Source: Planctomycetota bacterium
Lineage (GTDB): Bacteria; Planctomycetota; Planctomycetia; JALXBF01
Assembly: GCA_026991575.1 (NCBI GenBank)
Contig: JALXBF010000158.1
Coordinates: 1-41,096, forward strand
Length of the DNA stretch: 41,096 nucleotides
Direction of reading: 5' to 3'
Shown here: one piece after another, positions 1-9,089 of the stretch
Position numbering within the stretch: the stretch's first letter is position 1
How the letters are laid out: each line of letters begins with the position of its first letter
Translations under genes and position numbers: made by a program
The notes under the pieces: model-generated
What the model saw: the letters and a program-made list of their open reading frames with translations, nothing else
Database searches by the model: none
What the model was told of the DNA's origin: nothing

Positions 1-1
1 C

Positions 2-808
2 GTGGGGGTGGGCATCGTCCGGCCCGGCATCATCTCGGCAACGATGGGCACCAGCGGCGTCGTGTTCGCCTTTGCTGATCGTCCCAATGTCGACCCGCTC
101 GGTCGCGTCCACACCTTCTGTCACGCGGTCCGGAACAAGTGGCACGTGATGGGCGTCGTGCTCTGCGCCGGTGGCAGCCTGCAGTGGTTCCGGAACCAGC
201 TTGCCCAGGCGGACGTCAAGGAGGCGAAGCGGCGCAAGATTGACGTGTACGAGATCCTTACCAACGAGGCGTCCGAAGCGCCGCCAGGCTCAGAAGGCCT
301 GTTCTTCCTGCCTTATCTCACCGGCGAACGGACACCGTACGCCGATCCGCATGCCAAGGGCGGCTGGATCGGCTTGAGCGTACGTCACACTCGGGCACAC
401 CTGATCCGGGCGCTTATGGAAGGCGCCACCTTCGCAATGCGCGACTCGTTGGAAATCATCAAAGAGCTCGGCGTCCCGGTGCGCGAGATCCGGCTTTCCG
501 GAGGCGGTGCCCGCAGCGCCGTCTGGCGGCGGATGCAAGCCGACATCTATGGTCAAAACGTCGTGACGGTCAATGCTGAAGAAGGCCCCGCGTACGGAGT
601 GGCCCTTTTGGCGATGGCTGGCACCGGCGCGTACGATAGCGTGGTCGAAGCGTGCGCGGCAACGATCAGCATCGTGAGCCAGACCGCCTGCAGCCGGCGC
701 GAGAAGAAGATCTACGACCAGGCCTATCCCGTCTACCGCGAACTGTATCGCCGCCTCAAGGACGTGTTCCCCACGCTGAGCCGACTTGCCGAGACACAGG
801 CAACCTGA
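2..808 (+). CDS. xylB: Xylulokinase, FGGY family (5'-truncated at the window edge)
   Basis: Motifs [46 protein letters not shown] and [11 protein letters not shown] are typical of the XylB C-terminal domain. Confidence 0.9.
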   Translation: MGVGIVRPGIISATMGTSGVVFAFADRPNVDPLGRVHTFCHAVRNKWHVMGVVLCAGGSLQWFRNQLAQADVKEAKRRKIDVYEILTNEASEAPPGSEGLFFLPYLTGERTPYADPHAKGGWIGLSVRHTRAHLIRALMEGATFAMRDSLEIIKELGVPVREIRLSGGGARSAVWRRMQADIYGQNVVTVNAEEGPAYGVALLAMAGTGAYDSVVEACAATISIVSQTACSRREKKIYDQAYPVYRELYRRLKDVFPTLSRLAETQAT

Positions 809-882
809 ACCGGATCGCGCCCCCACGCGCCGGTACGCACCACAGCACAGACGCCGCTGCGGGCCGCGACACCGCCAATCGG

Positions 883-905
883 CCGGTGCGACCGTAGCGC
901 ACCGG
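883..905. terminator. GC-rich hairpin between convergent xylB and DUF1931 genes
   Basis: CCGGTGCG-accgtag-CGCACCGG is a perfect 8-bp stem. There is no U-tract, so the function is uncertain. Confidence 0.35.
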
Positions 906-1004
906 AACCGCTAACCCGGGCGTGTGGCCAGCAGATGCCGTGACGGGTAGCCCCTCCGCACGCACCGCTATATCGCCGGCCGCAACGGGAGGACAAGCAT
1001 CCGT

Positions 1005-1454
1005 TCAGAGCGTCAGATCCATCGCCCGTGCGACGCGTTCCCACATCTCCGTGTCCGGGTTGACAACGGAAGGATCCAGGATCTTGACGAGGCGGCCGGC
1101 TACGAGGATCAGGCCGCCGGCAATCTCGGGCAGCTTCTGCTCTACCTCCACGCTCAGCGGCCGCTCCAGTCTGGTGCGCGACGCAAGGTAGTCCAGAATC
1201 GGCTGCAGTTCGATTTCCTCTTCCAGAGCGCGGAACTCGCGAATACTCTCTTGGAGCCCCTTGGTGATTGGCAAGTCGGGTTCCATAATCAAGTCGCGGC
1301 CGTTGTAGCTTGCGTTCCGTGCGCCGATGAGCAACAGGTCGTAGAGCTTGTCGCTCACTAGGTCCAGCAGTCGCTTGACGTCGGACTTGTCGCAGTTGAG
1401 GCCTGCGGTAGCACGCAGTAGCTCTTTCAGCCTTTTTGCTCCGATTACCGCCAT
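1005..1454 (-). CDS. DUF1931 family histone-fold doublet protein (Aq_328-like)
   Basis: Motifs LLRATAGLNCDKSDVKR, NGRDLIMEPDLPITKGLQESIREF and IELQPILDYL, ending in DLTL. Start moved to ATG 1454, which has a GAAGGGAG SD. Confidence 0.85.
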   Translation of the reverse strand: MAVIGAKRLKELLRATAGLNCDKSDVKRLLDLVSDKLYDLLLIGARNASYNGRDLIMEPDLPITKGLQESIREFRALEEEIELQPILDYLASRTRLERPLSVEVEQKLPEIAGGLILVAGRLVKILDPSVVNPDTEMWERVARAMDLTL

Positions 1455-1542
1455 CGTGCCGTCTCCCTTCGTTATTCCCGGTCTCACTGGTGCCGCCGGT
1501 GCGTTAAGATCTTCGACCGGTGACACCGTTGGTACCGCGAGG

Positions 1543-3657
1543 ATGGAGCAAACCGTGTTCCGGGAAATCGAGCTGCCTCAGCTACCGTATCGGCCGCCAA
1601 TCGATCTTGATGCCGAGCATCCATTTACGGTCTACGATCTGGTTCGCTGCTTGCGTCTGAGCGATCCGGTTGTCTCGCCCGACGGCACCAAAGTGGTCGT
1701 CGTGGTGGAACACTGGAACGAAGACGACGACAAACTGTCACGCACCCTGTGGCTGGTGCCTCTTACCGGTGGCGAGGCCATTCCGCTGACCGCTGGCCAC
1801 GGAATCCGGGACGAATCGCCCACGTGGTCGCCGGATAGCCGGTTCGTGGCGTTTGTGTCGGACCGGAGCGGTTCACGCCAGATCTGGCTGGCGGACACCG
1901 CTGCGCTCGACGGCAGATTGCGCCGGTTAACGGAGCTGCCCGTAGAGGTCAGTGCCATCCGGTGGTCGCCCGACGGACGGCACATCGCTTTCTCGGCGCG
2001 GGTCTATCCGGGCCTGGATCTGGAGGAGTCGGCACGGCGCGCCGAGCGGGTGGCTCGCAGCCCGGCCAGGGTCCGCTTCTACGATCGGCTGCCGGTCCGA
2101 CACTGGGACCGCTGGCTTGATGGCCGTTACGCGCATCTCTTCGTGCTGCCTGTCTCGGAAGCGTCTGACGGTTGGCACGCGGTCGGTCCGCCGGTGGACC
2201 TGATGCCCGACATCGCTGCCGATTGTCCCAGAGCACCGTTCGGCACGCGGGCCGACTACGACTGGGCACCCGACGGCAGTGAGCTTGCTTACTGCGTGCA
2301 CGAGGGCGACGATCGCGCGTGGACCACAAACGTCAACGTCTACACGGTGTCGGTGGAAGGATCCGAGCGGCGGTGCTGGACTCGGGACAACCCGGCCATT
2401 GACTGCCACCCGCGGTACTCGCCCGACGGTCGGTTCCTGGCGATCCTCTCCACCGTGCGGCCCGGCTTCGAGTCCGACCGGCGTCGCGTGAGGCTCATCG
2501 AGCGAAGCTCCGGTCGGATCACCACGCTGACCGAATCGTGGGACCGTTCGCCCACCTCGTTCTGCTGGGGGCGCCAGAGCGATACGCTCTACCTGGTGGC
2601 TGACTCCGAAGCACGGCGCCGACTGTACCGGCTGCCGATTGATGGGACGGCGAGGGTCGAACCGGAGCCGCTCATTTCGGACGGCTACTGCGATGCGCCC
2701 CAAGCCGCGGCAAACGATACGGTCGTCTGCTTGCACGACACGATGGTGCGCCCCGCAGAACTCATCGCCATCGAACCGGGGGGCAACAGCCGCCCGCGCC
2801 GGCTCACCCGGTTCAATGACCGCCTGCTGGAACCGGTTCGTTTCGGCCGCTACGAGGACTTCTGGTTCGAGGGAGCTGGTGGCGACCGGGTGCATGCATG
2901 GGTGGTGGAGCCACCCGGACGGAAGCCCGGCCAGCGCGTGCCGGTGGCGGTGGTCATTCACGGTGGGCCACAAGGAGTGGTATCCGATCACTTCCACTAC
3001 CGCTGGCACCTGCACGTTTATGCTGGCGCTGGCTACGCGGTGCTGGCGATCAACTTCCACGGATCCGCTGGCTTCGGCCAACGGTTCGTTGATTCGGTGA
3101 GTCGCGATTGGGGGGGCAAGCCGTATGAGGACATCATCGCTGGGCTGGCCGCAGCGCTGCGTCACTATGACTGGATGGACGGTGAGCGGGTGGCGGCGCT
3201 GGGTGCCAGCTACGGAGGCTGGATGGTCAACTGGATCAACGGCCACACGGACCGATTCCGCTGCCTTGTGAATCATGCCGGGCCGTTCGATGAGTTCTAC
3301 GGTTACTTCAGCACGGACGAACTATGGTTTCCAGAATGGGAACACGGCGGAGTACCGTGGGAACAGCCTGAGTTGTTCGAGCGGTTCTCACCAAGTCGCT
3401 ATGTGAGCTCGTGGTCCACGCCCACCCTGGTGCTGCACGGTGGCAGGGACTATCGGGTGCCTGAAACGGATGGACTGGCCACGTTCACGGCCCTGCAACG
3501 GCGGGGGGTGCCGTCCGTGCTGGTGCATTTCCCCGACGAGCATCACTGGATCCTGAAACGTTTGAACTTGATCGTCTGGCACGAAGTGGTGCTGAGCTGG
3601 CTGGATCACCACTGCAAGCCCGCCAACCCGGCGCCAGAGTCCCAGGCACATGCGTGA
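1543..3657 (+). CDS. S9 family peptidase (dipeptidyl/acylaminoacyl peptidase) with PD40 beta-propeller
   Basis: WSPDG/YSPDG repeats, IHGGP, nucleophile GASYGG, and triad Asp (DYRV) and His (DEHH). Start at ATG 1543 avoids overlap with the divergent gene. Confidence 0.9.
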   Translation: MEQTVFREIELPQLPYRPPIDLDAEHPFTVYDLVRCLRLSDPVVSPDGTKVVVVVEHWNEDDDKLSRTLWLVPLTGGEAIPLTAGHGIRDESPTWSPDSRFVAFVSDRSGSRQIWLADTAALDGRLRRLTELPVEVSAIRWSPDGRHIAFSARVYPGLDLEESARRAERVARSPARVRFYDRLPVRHWDRWLDGRYAHLFVLPVSEASDGWHAVGPPVDLMPDIAADCPRAPFGTRADYDWAPDGSELAYCVHEGDDRAWTTNVNVYTVSVEGSERRCWTRDNPAIDCHPRYSPDGRFLAILSTVRPGFESDRRRVRLIERSSGRITTLTESWDRSPTSFCWGRQSDTLYLVADSEARRRLYRLPIDGTARVEPEPLISDGYCDAPQAAANDTVVCLHDTMVRPAELIAIEPGGNSRPRRLTRFNDRLLEPVRFGRYEDFWFEGAGGDRVHAWVVEPPGRKPGQRVPVAVVIHGGPQGVVSDHFHYRWHLHVYAGAGYAVLAINFHGSAGFGQRFVDSVSRDWGGKPYEDIIAGLAAALRHYDWMDGERVAALGASYGGWMVNWINGHTDRFRCLVNHAGPFDEFYGYFSTDELWFPEWEHGGVPWEQPELFERFSPSRYVSSWSTPTLVLHGGRDYRVPETDGLATFTALQRRGVPSVLVHFPDEHHWILKRLNLIVWHEVVLSWLDHHCKPANPAPESQAHA

Positions 3658-3908
3658 TCGACCCCGGGCGCACCTTGCGGGCGATCGAGCGCGATCGGCT
3701 GTACGGATTGTGTGGCCCGTTGAGACGATCGAGGTCGTGCCGCTCAGGCAGCGGCGGATTGATCGAGTGGGCTCGGTGCGGCCGGAACGGAACTGGGCGT
3801 GTGGCCATGGTACGACGCTCTGAGCTGACCTTGCAGCTTTCGTCCGGTTGAGTTAGAAGGACCGTTACCAGTGAGGTATCAGTCGGGTCAGGAATCACGG
3901 AGGAAGGC

Positions 3909-5009
3909 ATGTTGGGAGCAAGAGGGTTACGGTTGGCGGGCCGAACCGGCGTCGGTGCTGTAGCGGCGCTTGCCGCCGTGATGTTGTTTGCGGAGGCAGC
4001 GTCCGGACAGATCTTTGGCCGGAAGCGCGGCGCGAAACAGACAAGCACACGGGCACCGCTGCAGGAGCCGATCGTGGCACGGGTCAACGGGGAGCCGATC
4101 ACGTGGCGGGAGCTGGCCGAGGAGTGCCTGGCGCGCAAGGGCGTGGAAGTGCTGGAGACGATGATCGCGCGCAAGCTGGTCGAGCAAGAGGCTCGGCGAC
4201 GCGGCATCACGGTCACCGCCGAGGAAATTGACCGTGAGATCACGCGCACAGCGCGCCGAATGAACCTGGACCGAGAGCAGTTCCTGAAGATGATTCAGAA
4301 AGAGCGCGGGATCCCGCCCGATCGTTACGCACGGGACATCGTCTGGCCCGGGCTCGTGCTGAAGAAAATGGCGGCGCCCCATGTTCAGGTCACCGAGGAG
4401 GACATCCAGCGGGCGTACCAGGCGCATTACGGTGAGAAGGTCAAGTGCCGCTGGATCGTGGTCGAGAACCTGCGGATTGCCCAGCGGGTCTGGGAAGAGT
4501 TGCGTAAGCTGGCGCCGCAGGACGGTCCCGTGGTTGTGGATCCGGCCGACTTTGAGCGGATGGTGCGGCAGTGGTCGACCGACGCGGCCAGCCGCTCGCT
4601 GGGCGGCCAGATCCAGCCAATTAGCCGCAACATGGCCCCGCCGTTTGACAAGATCGAGCGTGCCGCGTTCGCGTTAAAGCACGACGGCGAAATCAGCAGC
4701 ATTATCCAGCTTGCCGATGACGCGTACGTGATCCTGATGCGCGAAGGGATCATTCCGGCCGAAGATGTGAAGTTGGAGGACGTCCGCAAGCAGCTGGAGC
4801 GCGAGGTCTACGAAGCCAAGCTGCGTGACATGGTCACCAGGATCTTCCAGGACATCAGAGACAAAGCCCGCGTGGAAAACCTGTTGACCGGCGATATCAA
4901 GCTGCCGCACACCGAGGAAGTCCCCGCCTCGGCAGAAGGGGCGCAGAGCGGTAAGAACGTGGTTCCGGCCGTCGGGGGTGGCCGCTCCGGTAGCAAGATC
5001 CTCCGCTAG
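3909..5009 (+). CDS. Exported SurA/PrsA-like foldase (parvulin-type peptidyl-prolyl isomerase)
   Basis: Signal peptide, VARVNGEPIT (SurA N-domain), EQEARRRGITVTAEEID and FERMVRQWSTDAASRSLGG (PpiC-like). SD GGAGG upstream. Confidence 0.85.
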   Translation: MLGARGLRLAGRTGVGAVAALAAVMLFAEAASGQIFGRKRGAKQTSTRAPLQEPIVARVNGEPITWRELAEECLARKGVEVLETMIARKLVEQEARRRGITVTAEEIDREITRTARRMNLDREQFLKMIQKERGIPPDRYARDIVWPGLVLKKMAAPHVQVTEEDIQRAYQAHYGEKVKCRWIVVENLRIAQRVWEELRKLAPQDGPVVVDPADFERMVRQWSTDAASRSLGGQIQPISRNMAPPFDKIERAAFALKHDGEISSIIQLADDAYVILMREGIIPAEDVKLEDVRKQLEREVYEAKLRDMVTRIFQDIRDKARVENLLTGDIKLPHTEEVPASAEGAQSGKNVVPAVGGGRSGSKILR

Positions 5010-5066
5010 CGGGCTGGGTCCCGGTCGAGTAGCTGAACCGGCAGGGGCAGTCAGGCACATCGGCAC

Positions 5067-5111
5067 GACGACGGCCTGCGGGTGCCCCACCCGCAGGCCG
5101 ACGTCTTTCTT
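5067..5111 (+). terminator. Intrinsic terminator after the foldase gene, possibly bidirectional
   Basis: GACG-a-CGGCCTGCGGGTG-ccc-CACCCGCAGGCCG-a-CGTC gives a 13-bp perfect stem plus a 4-bp extension, followed by TTTCTT. Confidence 0.75.
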
Positions 5112-5141
5112 AATACGGCCGCCTGTTCTGGCCGCCCATGC

Positions 5142-5684
5142 TCAGAACGTGATCCCCACCGACCAGTGCTTGCCGCCGAAGAAGATGCCACCGACCGGAA
5201 CCGGCTGCGGCGTGATCAGAACCGGTGGTGCCGGAGCAGGCACCGCGGGTGTGATCACCGGGACGGGAGGCACCGGCGGCGCAGGGACCGGCACCGGCCG
5301 GAAATGGCAACGATGTTCCACCTGCAACGCACGCTGGATGCTACGAGCAGCTGCTTGCAAGTAGGCCCGGTTGTCGGTGAGGCGGTAGTTCCGCAGGTGG
5401 CCGATGGCAACCAGAGTCTCATTACGGGCAATCGGGCTGCAGAGCACCGTGTAGGCCCGCTTCACAAGCACCTCCGCCCGTCGAGCGCCGAGGTGGTAGG
5501 GTGTCGGATTGGTGAACTCGGTGCCGAGCCACTGCAGGGCACGGATCAGATCCGCCTCGCCGTGAAAACCGATCGGCGGCTTAGGCCACACGAACAGGGA
5601 TGGGCCCCCGTGGGCCTGAGCCGACTGGGCCGCAACGGCCAGCATCGAGATCGACAACAGGGACGTGATCGCCTGCCAGCGCAT
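5142..5684 (-). CDS. Hypothetical secreted protein with Pro/Val-rich linker and C-terminal aromatic beta-strand
   Basis: SD GGAGGT before ATG 5684. Sec signal peptide (MRWQAITSLLSISMLAVAAQSAQA), then PVPVPAPPVPPVP repeats, ending GGIFFGGKHWSVGITF. Confidence 0.7.
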   Translation of the reverse strand: MRWQAITSLLSISMLAVAAQSAQAHGGPSLFVWPKPPIGFHGEADLIRALQWLGTEFTNPTPYHLGARRAEVLVKRAYTVLCSPIARNETLVAIGHLRNYRLTDNRAYLQAAARSIQRALQVEHRCHFRPVPVPAPPVPPVPVITPAVPAPAPPVLITPQPVPVGGIFFGGKHWSVGITF

Positions 5685-5769
5685 CGCCGTAACCTCCGCA
5701 CCCAGGTGGTGCCGTTTCGACCGTTGTTTCTGGCCGTCCACCTCGGACAGCCAACCGCCCAGCTTCCTT

Positions 5770-5785
5770 TGCTAGCGACGTGCCA
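5770..5785 (-). promoter_or_regulatory. Sigma54-type (-24/-12) promoter for the Pro-rich secreted protein
   Basis: The minus strand reads TGGCACG-TCGC-TAGCA versus consensus TGGCACG-N4-TTGCW, with one mismatch and correct GG-N10-GC spacing. Confidence 0.6.
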
Positions 5786-6043
5786 AAACGATCAGCTTGT
5801 CCGCGTAGCTCTGTAACATCAACCCTGGTAATGAGTTGTGTAGGTCACGGCGTGACCGACACGCCGCAGCGGGTCCCTGTGTGTAGTCTTATCGATGTCT
5901 CTTGCGATGTCTAAGTGACTGCGCATCGGCCGGGCGGTCGGCGGCGCCGTGGCGGAGCGGATCGGGTAAGCTTTCCGGGACAGGGCACCGGTTCAATCAC
6001 AGCGGCCAAGGCCACGAATCGGACAACCGGAGGCAGCGGAGCG

Positions 6044-6817
6044 ATGAGGTTCTGGCAGATGAACCGTCGTCAGATCGCGGGCATCGACCGCGTCGGTTGC
6101 GTGGTCGTCGCCCCCCTTGGGTCGTGCGAGCAACACGGCCCGCACCTGCCCGTGTTCACCGACAGCTATCTGGTGACAGCCGTGGCGGAGCGGGCCGAGC
6201 AGCGGCGGCCCGACCGGCTGCTGCTGTTGCCGACCTTCTGGCTGGGCGCCAGCGAACACCATCTGCCGTTCGCCGCCACGATTACGCCCGGACCGATCGC
6301 GTACGCTCAGCTGCTGGCCGAGATGTACGAGCCGCTGCTGGTTGACGGCTTTCGTCGCTTCTTGTTCCTGAACGGGCACGGCGGCAACATCGAACCGATG
6401 CGGCTGGCGCTGCGCGAGCTGAAGCGGCGTCACCCGGCGTGCCTGTTGGCCGGCGCTGCCTACTGGGAGCTTGCTGGCGAGCGACTTGCCGCGCTCTGTT
6501 CTGGGCCACTGAAGCGGATCGGGCACGCCGGCGAGATCGAAACATCGCTGATGCTGGCGCTTCACCCGGAGCTTGTCGACCGCACCGCCTCTGCGGACCA
6601 TGCCCCCCGTGAGCCGCTGCCTGGCGTGTACCTGGCGCAGACGCTCGCTGAGCTCAGCAGCCAGGGGGCCGTCGGCTATGCAGCTCATGCGTCGGCCGAG
6701 CGGGGGCGCGAGCTGCTGGAGGCGATCGTGACCGGTGTCGTTGAGACGGTAGATCGGCTGGCAGCCGCGCCGTTACCGGAGAGGATCTGGTCGGACGCGG
6801 CAGTGCTGCGGCCGTAA
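6044..6817 (+). CDS. Creatininase/creatinine amidohydrolase family protein
   Basis: Motifs PLGSCEQHGPHLPVFTD, GASEHH, LNGHGGN and HAGEIETS. Start moved to ATG 6044. Confidence 0.9.
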   Translation: MRFWQMNRRQIAGIDRVGCVVVAPLGSCEQHGPHLPVFTDSYLVTAVAERAEQRRPDRLLLLPTFWLGASEHHLPFAATITPGPIAYAQLLAEMYEPLLVDGFRRFLFLNGHGGNIEPMRLALRELKRRHPACLLAGAAYWELAGERLAALCSGPLKRIGHAGEIETSLMLALHPELVDRTASADHAPREPLPGVYLAQTLAELSSQGAVGYAAHASAERGRELLEAIVTGVVETVDRLAAAPLPERIWSDAAVLRP

Positions 6818-6900
6818 GATGACGGTGTCGGGACAAGATCCTGTCCGCGAAGCGGGCACCGGAACGGCGCGCACGCGATGCCTGTAGGTGTGGCAGCCAG

Positions 6901-7254
6901 ATGGCGGAACTCCCGGAGCAGACGCGTCCGTTGACGGAGAGCGAACTGGCCGAGGCGCTCGGGGTGAGCGTGCGGATGCTGCGCCGCTACGAGCGTGTCG
7001 GCCTGATCCGTGCCATTCGGGTCGAAGGACAGGTGCTGTACCAGCCAGACCAGGTGCGTCGCGCCTGGAGCGTTGTCACGCTGCACCGCGACCTCGGCAT
7101 CAACCTGCCCGGTGTGGAGGTCATTCTGGCGATGAGCGAGCGGATGCGTGAGATGCAGCGTCAGATGAACGAGCTGGCCCGCTGGTTCAGCGAGCACCGG
7201 GAAACGCTGCGGAGGCTACTGGAAGAAGAACACCCTGGGGCGGATTGGCCGTGA
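6901..7254 (+). CDS. MerR-type HTH protein, CbpM/HspR-like
   Basis: ELAEALGVSVRMLRRYERVGLI (MerR HTH) and LHRDLGINLPGVEVIL, followed by a coiled coil. Confidence 0.75.
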   Translation: MAELPEQTRPLTESELAEALGVSVRMLRRYERVGLIRAIRVEGQVLYQPDQVRRAWSVVTLHRDLGINLPGVEVILAMSERMREMQRQMNELARWFSEHRETLRRLLEEEHPGADWP

Positions 7255-7520
7255 CCAACTCACAGCACGGGCACCGCAGGCGGGTTGCCCGCCATCTGAC
7301 AACGGCTCTGGCCGGTCTTTCCGCCGTTCTGTTTCTGTTCATCGGCTTTCTTCTGATCGTCTGGATGGTCCGCTATGGGCAGCTGCTGCGGCGGCGCCGT
7401 CGCCGCGACCAGCCACGTGCGCTGAAGGACCTCTGGTTCCTCTCGGACCCGCGCACCGGAGGAGCCGGCAACCGAGAGGGCACGGACGACGAGCCACCAC
7501 GGCCGAGCCGGCCGTCGTGA
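7251..7520 (+). CDS. Small single-pass membrane protein, unknown function
   Basis: GTGA overlap with the upstream stop. One hydrophobic helix (ALAGLSAVLFLFIGFLLIVWMV) is followed by RRRRRR. The gene ends 4 bp before rnpA. Confidence 0.6.
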   Translation: MTNSQHGHRRRVARHLTTALAGLSAVLFLFIGFLLIVWMVRYGQLLRRRRRRDQPRALKDLWFLSDPRTGGAGNREGTDDEPPRPSRPS

Positions 7521-7524
7521 ACGT

Positions 7525-7908
7525 ATGTCCCGACAGACGTTTCGACCGCACGAGCGACTCAGACGCCGCCGGGACTTTGACCGGGTCTTCCGCGAAGGCT
7601 GGGCGGTTAGCGATCAGGTCCTGGTGGTGCGCGGCGCCCCGAACGGGCTTAGCTACGCTCGCTTGGGAATCCTGGTCAGCCGCAAACTAGGCAAAGCGGT
7701 GCAGCGCAATCGTATCAAGCGGTGGATTCGCGAGGCGTACCGCCGCAACAAGGATCAGCTCCCCAAAGGCCTGGACTTCGTGGTCATTCCCCGCCGCGGC
7801 GCGACGCTCGACTACCACCGAATCGAACGGTCCCTGTTACGACTGGCACGTGACCTGGACCGTAAGAAGAGCCAGAAGCACCGCCGACAGGACCGCGCCT
7901 CAAACTAG
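7525..7908 (+). CDS. rnpA: Ribonuclease P protein component
   Basis: ERLRRRRDFDRVF, RLGILVSRKLGKAVQRNRIKRWIRE (RNR motif) and LDFVVIPR. Confidence 0.95.
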   Translation: MSRQTFRPHERLRRRRDFDRVFREGWAVSDQVLVVRGAPNGLSYARLGILVSRKLGKAVQRNRIKRWIREAYRRNKDQLPKGLDFVVIPRRGATLDYHRIERSLLRLARDLDRKKSQKHRRQDRASN

Positions 7909-8263
7909 CCGCCCGGACCGATCCATTCGGCCACCGCCTGGGCGTCAGGGGGCCAATTCATCAGCGCCTGCAGCAGGGACCCGCCTACGGTACGGACAGG
8001 AGGACGTCAGCAGTTGCTCAGCGGCGCCAGCCCGAAGAGCCCGGCCGCCAGGACGAACATGCCGCCCGTCGCTGGGAATCGCTATCCTCCCGACGGCCCC
8101 GCGCTACAGATGCTGCTTTGGGCCCTCGTGTCGGGGACATCAATTCAGCTAGGCCTGAGCCGCCAGCCGAAGTTAGAATGGAAACAAGCAGTTCGGGCGT
8201 GTGGCTGTGGAGCTGGTTCGGGTCGTAACCGGTTCACGGGCTTGGGAAACGGGGTGAAGAGGC

Positions 8264-8611
8264 ATGGTCTCCAACGCCGACGAGGTCATTGTCACCACAA
8301 GGAAGCCGAAGCCGAGCAAGGAGACCGATACCCGAGAAAAGCACATACCGCGTTACCACGTTGTGCTGCTCGACGATAACGACCACACCTACGAGTACGT
8401 CATCGAGATGCTGGGTGAGCTGTTCGGCTACCCGGTGGAGAAGGCCTTCTTGCTGGCCTGCGAGGTGGATCTCACTGGGCGAGCCATCCTGCTGACAACC
8501 ACTAAAGAGCATGCCGAACTGAAGCAAGAGCAGATCCACGCCTACGGACCCGATCCGCGGATCCCGCGCTGCAAAGGCTCTATGACCTGCATTTTGGAGC
8601 CTGCCGATTAG
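8264..8611 (+). CDS. clpS: ATP-dependent Clp protease adaptor ClpS (atypical pocket)
   Basis: PRYHVVLLDDNDHTYEYVIEML...EVDLTGRAI...KEHAELKQEQI aligns with the ClpS core. Confidence 0.88.
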   Translation: MVSNADEVIVTTRKPKPSKETDTREKHIPRYHVVLLDDNDHTYEYVIEMLGELFGYPVEKAFLLACEVDLTGRAILLTTTKEHAELKQEQIHAYGPDPRIPRCKGSMTCILEPAD

Positions 8612-8675
8612 GCGGTCGCCTTTGCTGTCAGGAACGCCCATCCGCGTCGCGTATCGAAACAAGAGAGAGCGGTTC

Positions 8676-9089
8676 GGGAGCGGGCCGGACGGTCGCCCGT
8701 GGTCTTGAGCCGCGGGAGGAAAGTCCGGACTCCACAGGGCATGGTGGTGGGTAACGCCCACCGTGCGAGGGGGCTGCAGCCCCCGAAGCACAGGGAAAGT
8801 GCCACAGAGACCAGACCGCCGAAGGGGAATGCGTGGCCGCTTCGTAGGCGGACCATGGTCCCCTGGCAAGGGTGAAAGGGTGAGGTAAGAGCTCACCGGC
8901 AGGCAGGGTGACCTGTCTGGCCTGGTAAACCCCACCAGGAGCAAGGCCAAATAGGGGAGGATGGGCTGGCCCGGCCCGCTTGACTCCCGGGTAGGCCGCT
9001 TGAGGCGCCGGGCAACCGGCGTCCCAGAGTAATGACCGTCGCCCGCTGGGTCCAAGCGGGTACAGAATCCGGCTTACAGGCCCGCCCCC
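8676..9089 (+). ncRNA. rnpB: RNase P RNA, bacterial type A
   Basis: GAGGAAAGTCC (8716-8726), GGAAAGTGCCACAG, GGGTGAAAGGGTGAGGTAAGAGCTCACC, GGTAAACCCC..GGAGCAAG and ACAGAATCCGGCTTA (9062-9076). P1 pairs GGGAGCGGGCC with GGCCCGCCCCC. Ends are approximate. Confidence 0.97.

Noticed and set aside
1348..1542. Long N-terminal extensions in the ORF track (also 5915, 10946, 19352, 29814, 37024 and 37089 starts)
   Set aside because: They overlap neighbouring genes or promoters, or lack homology. Downstream starts fit the family N-termini and most have SD motifs.
1927..3276. 449-aa minus-strand ORF
   Set aside because: It lies antisense to the S9 peptidase and has no motifs. Such frames are expected from high-GC codon bias.
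7909..8263. Hidden gene or structured RNA between rnpA and clpS
   Set aside because: I found only weak hairpins, a 17-codon minus-strand ORF without clear support and a lone TAGAAT (8174-8179) lacking a -35. Nothing recognisable.
8631..8655. ECF-like promoter GGAAC...CGTAT before rnpB
   Set aside because: The spacer is only 14 nt, too short for the usual 16-17 nt.
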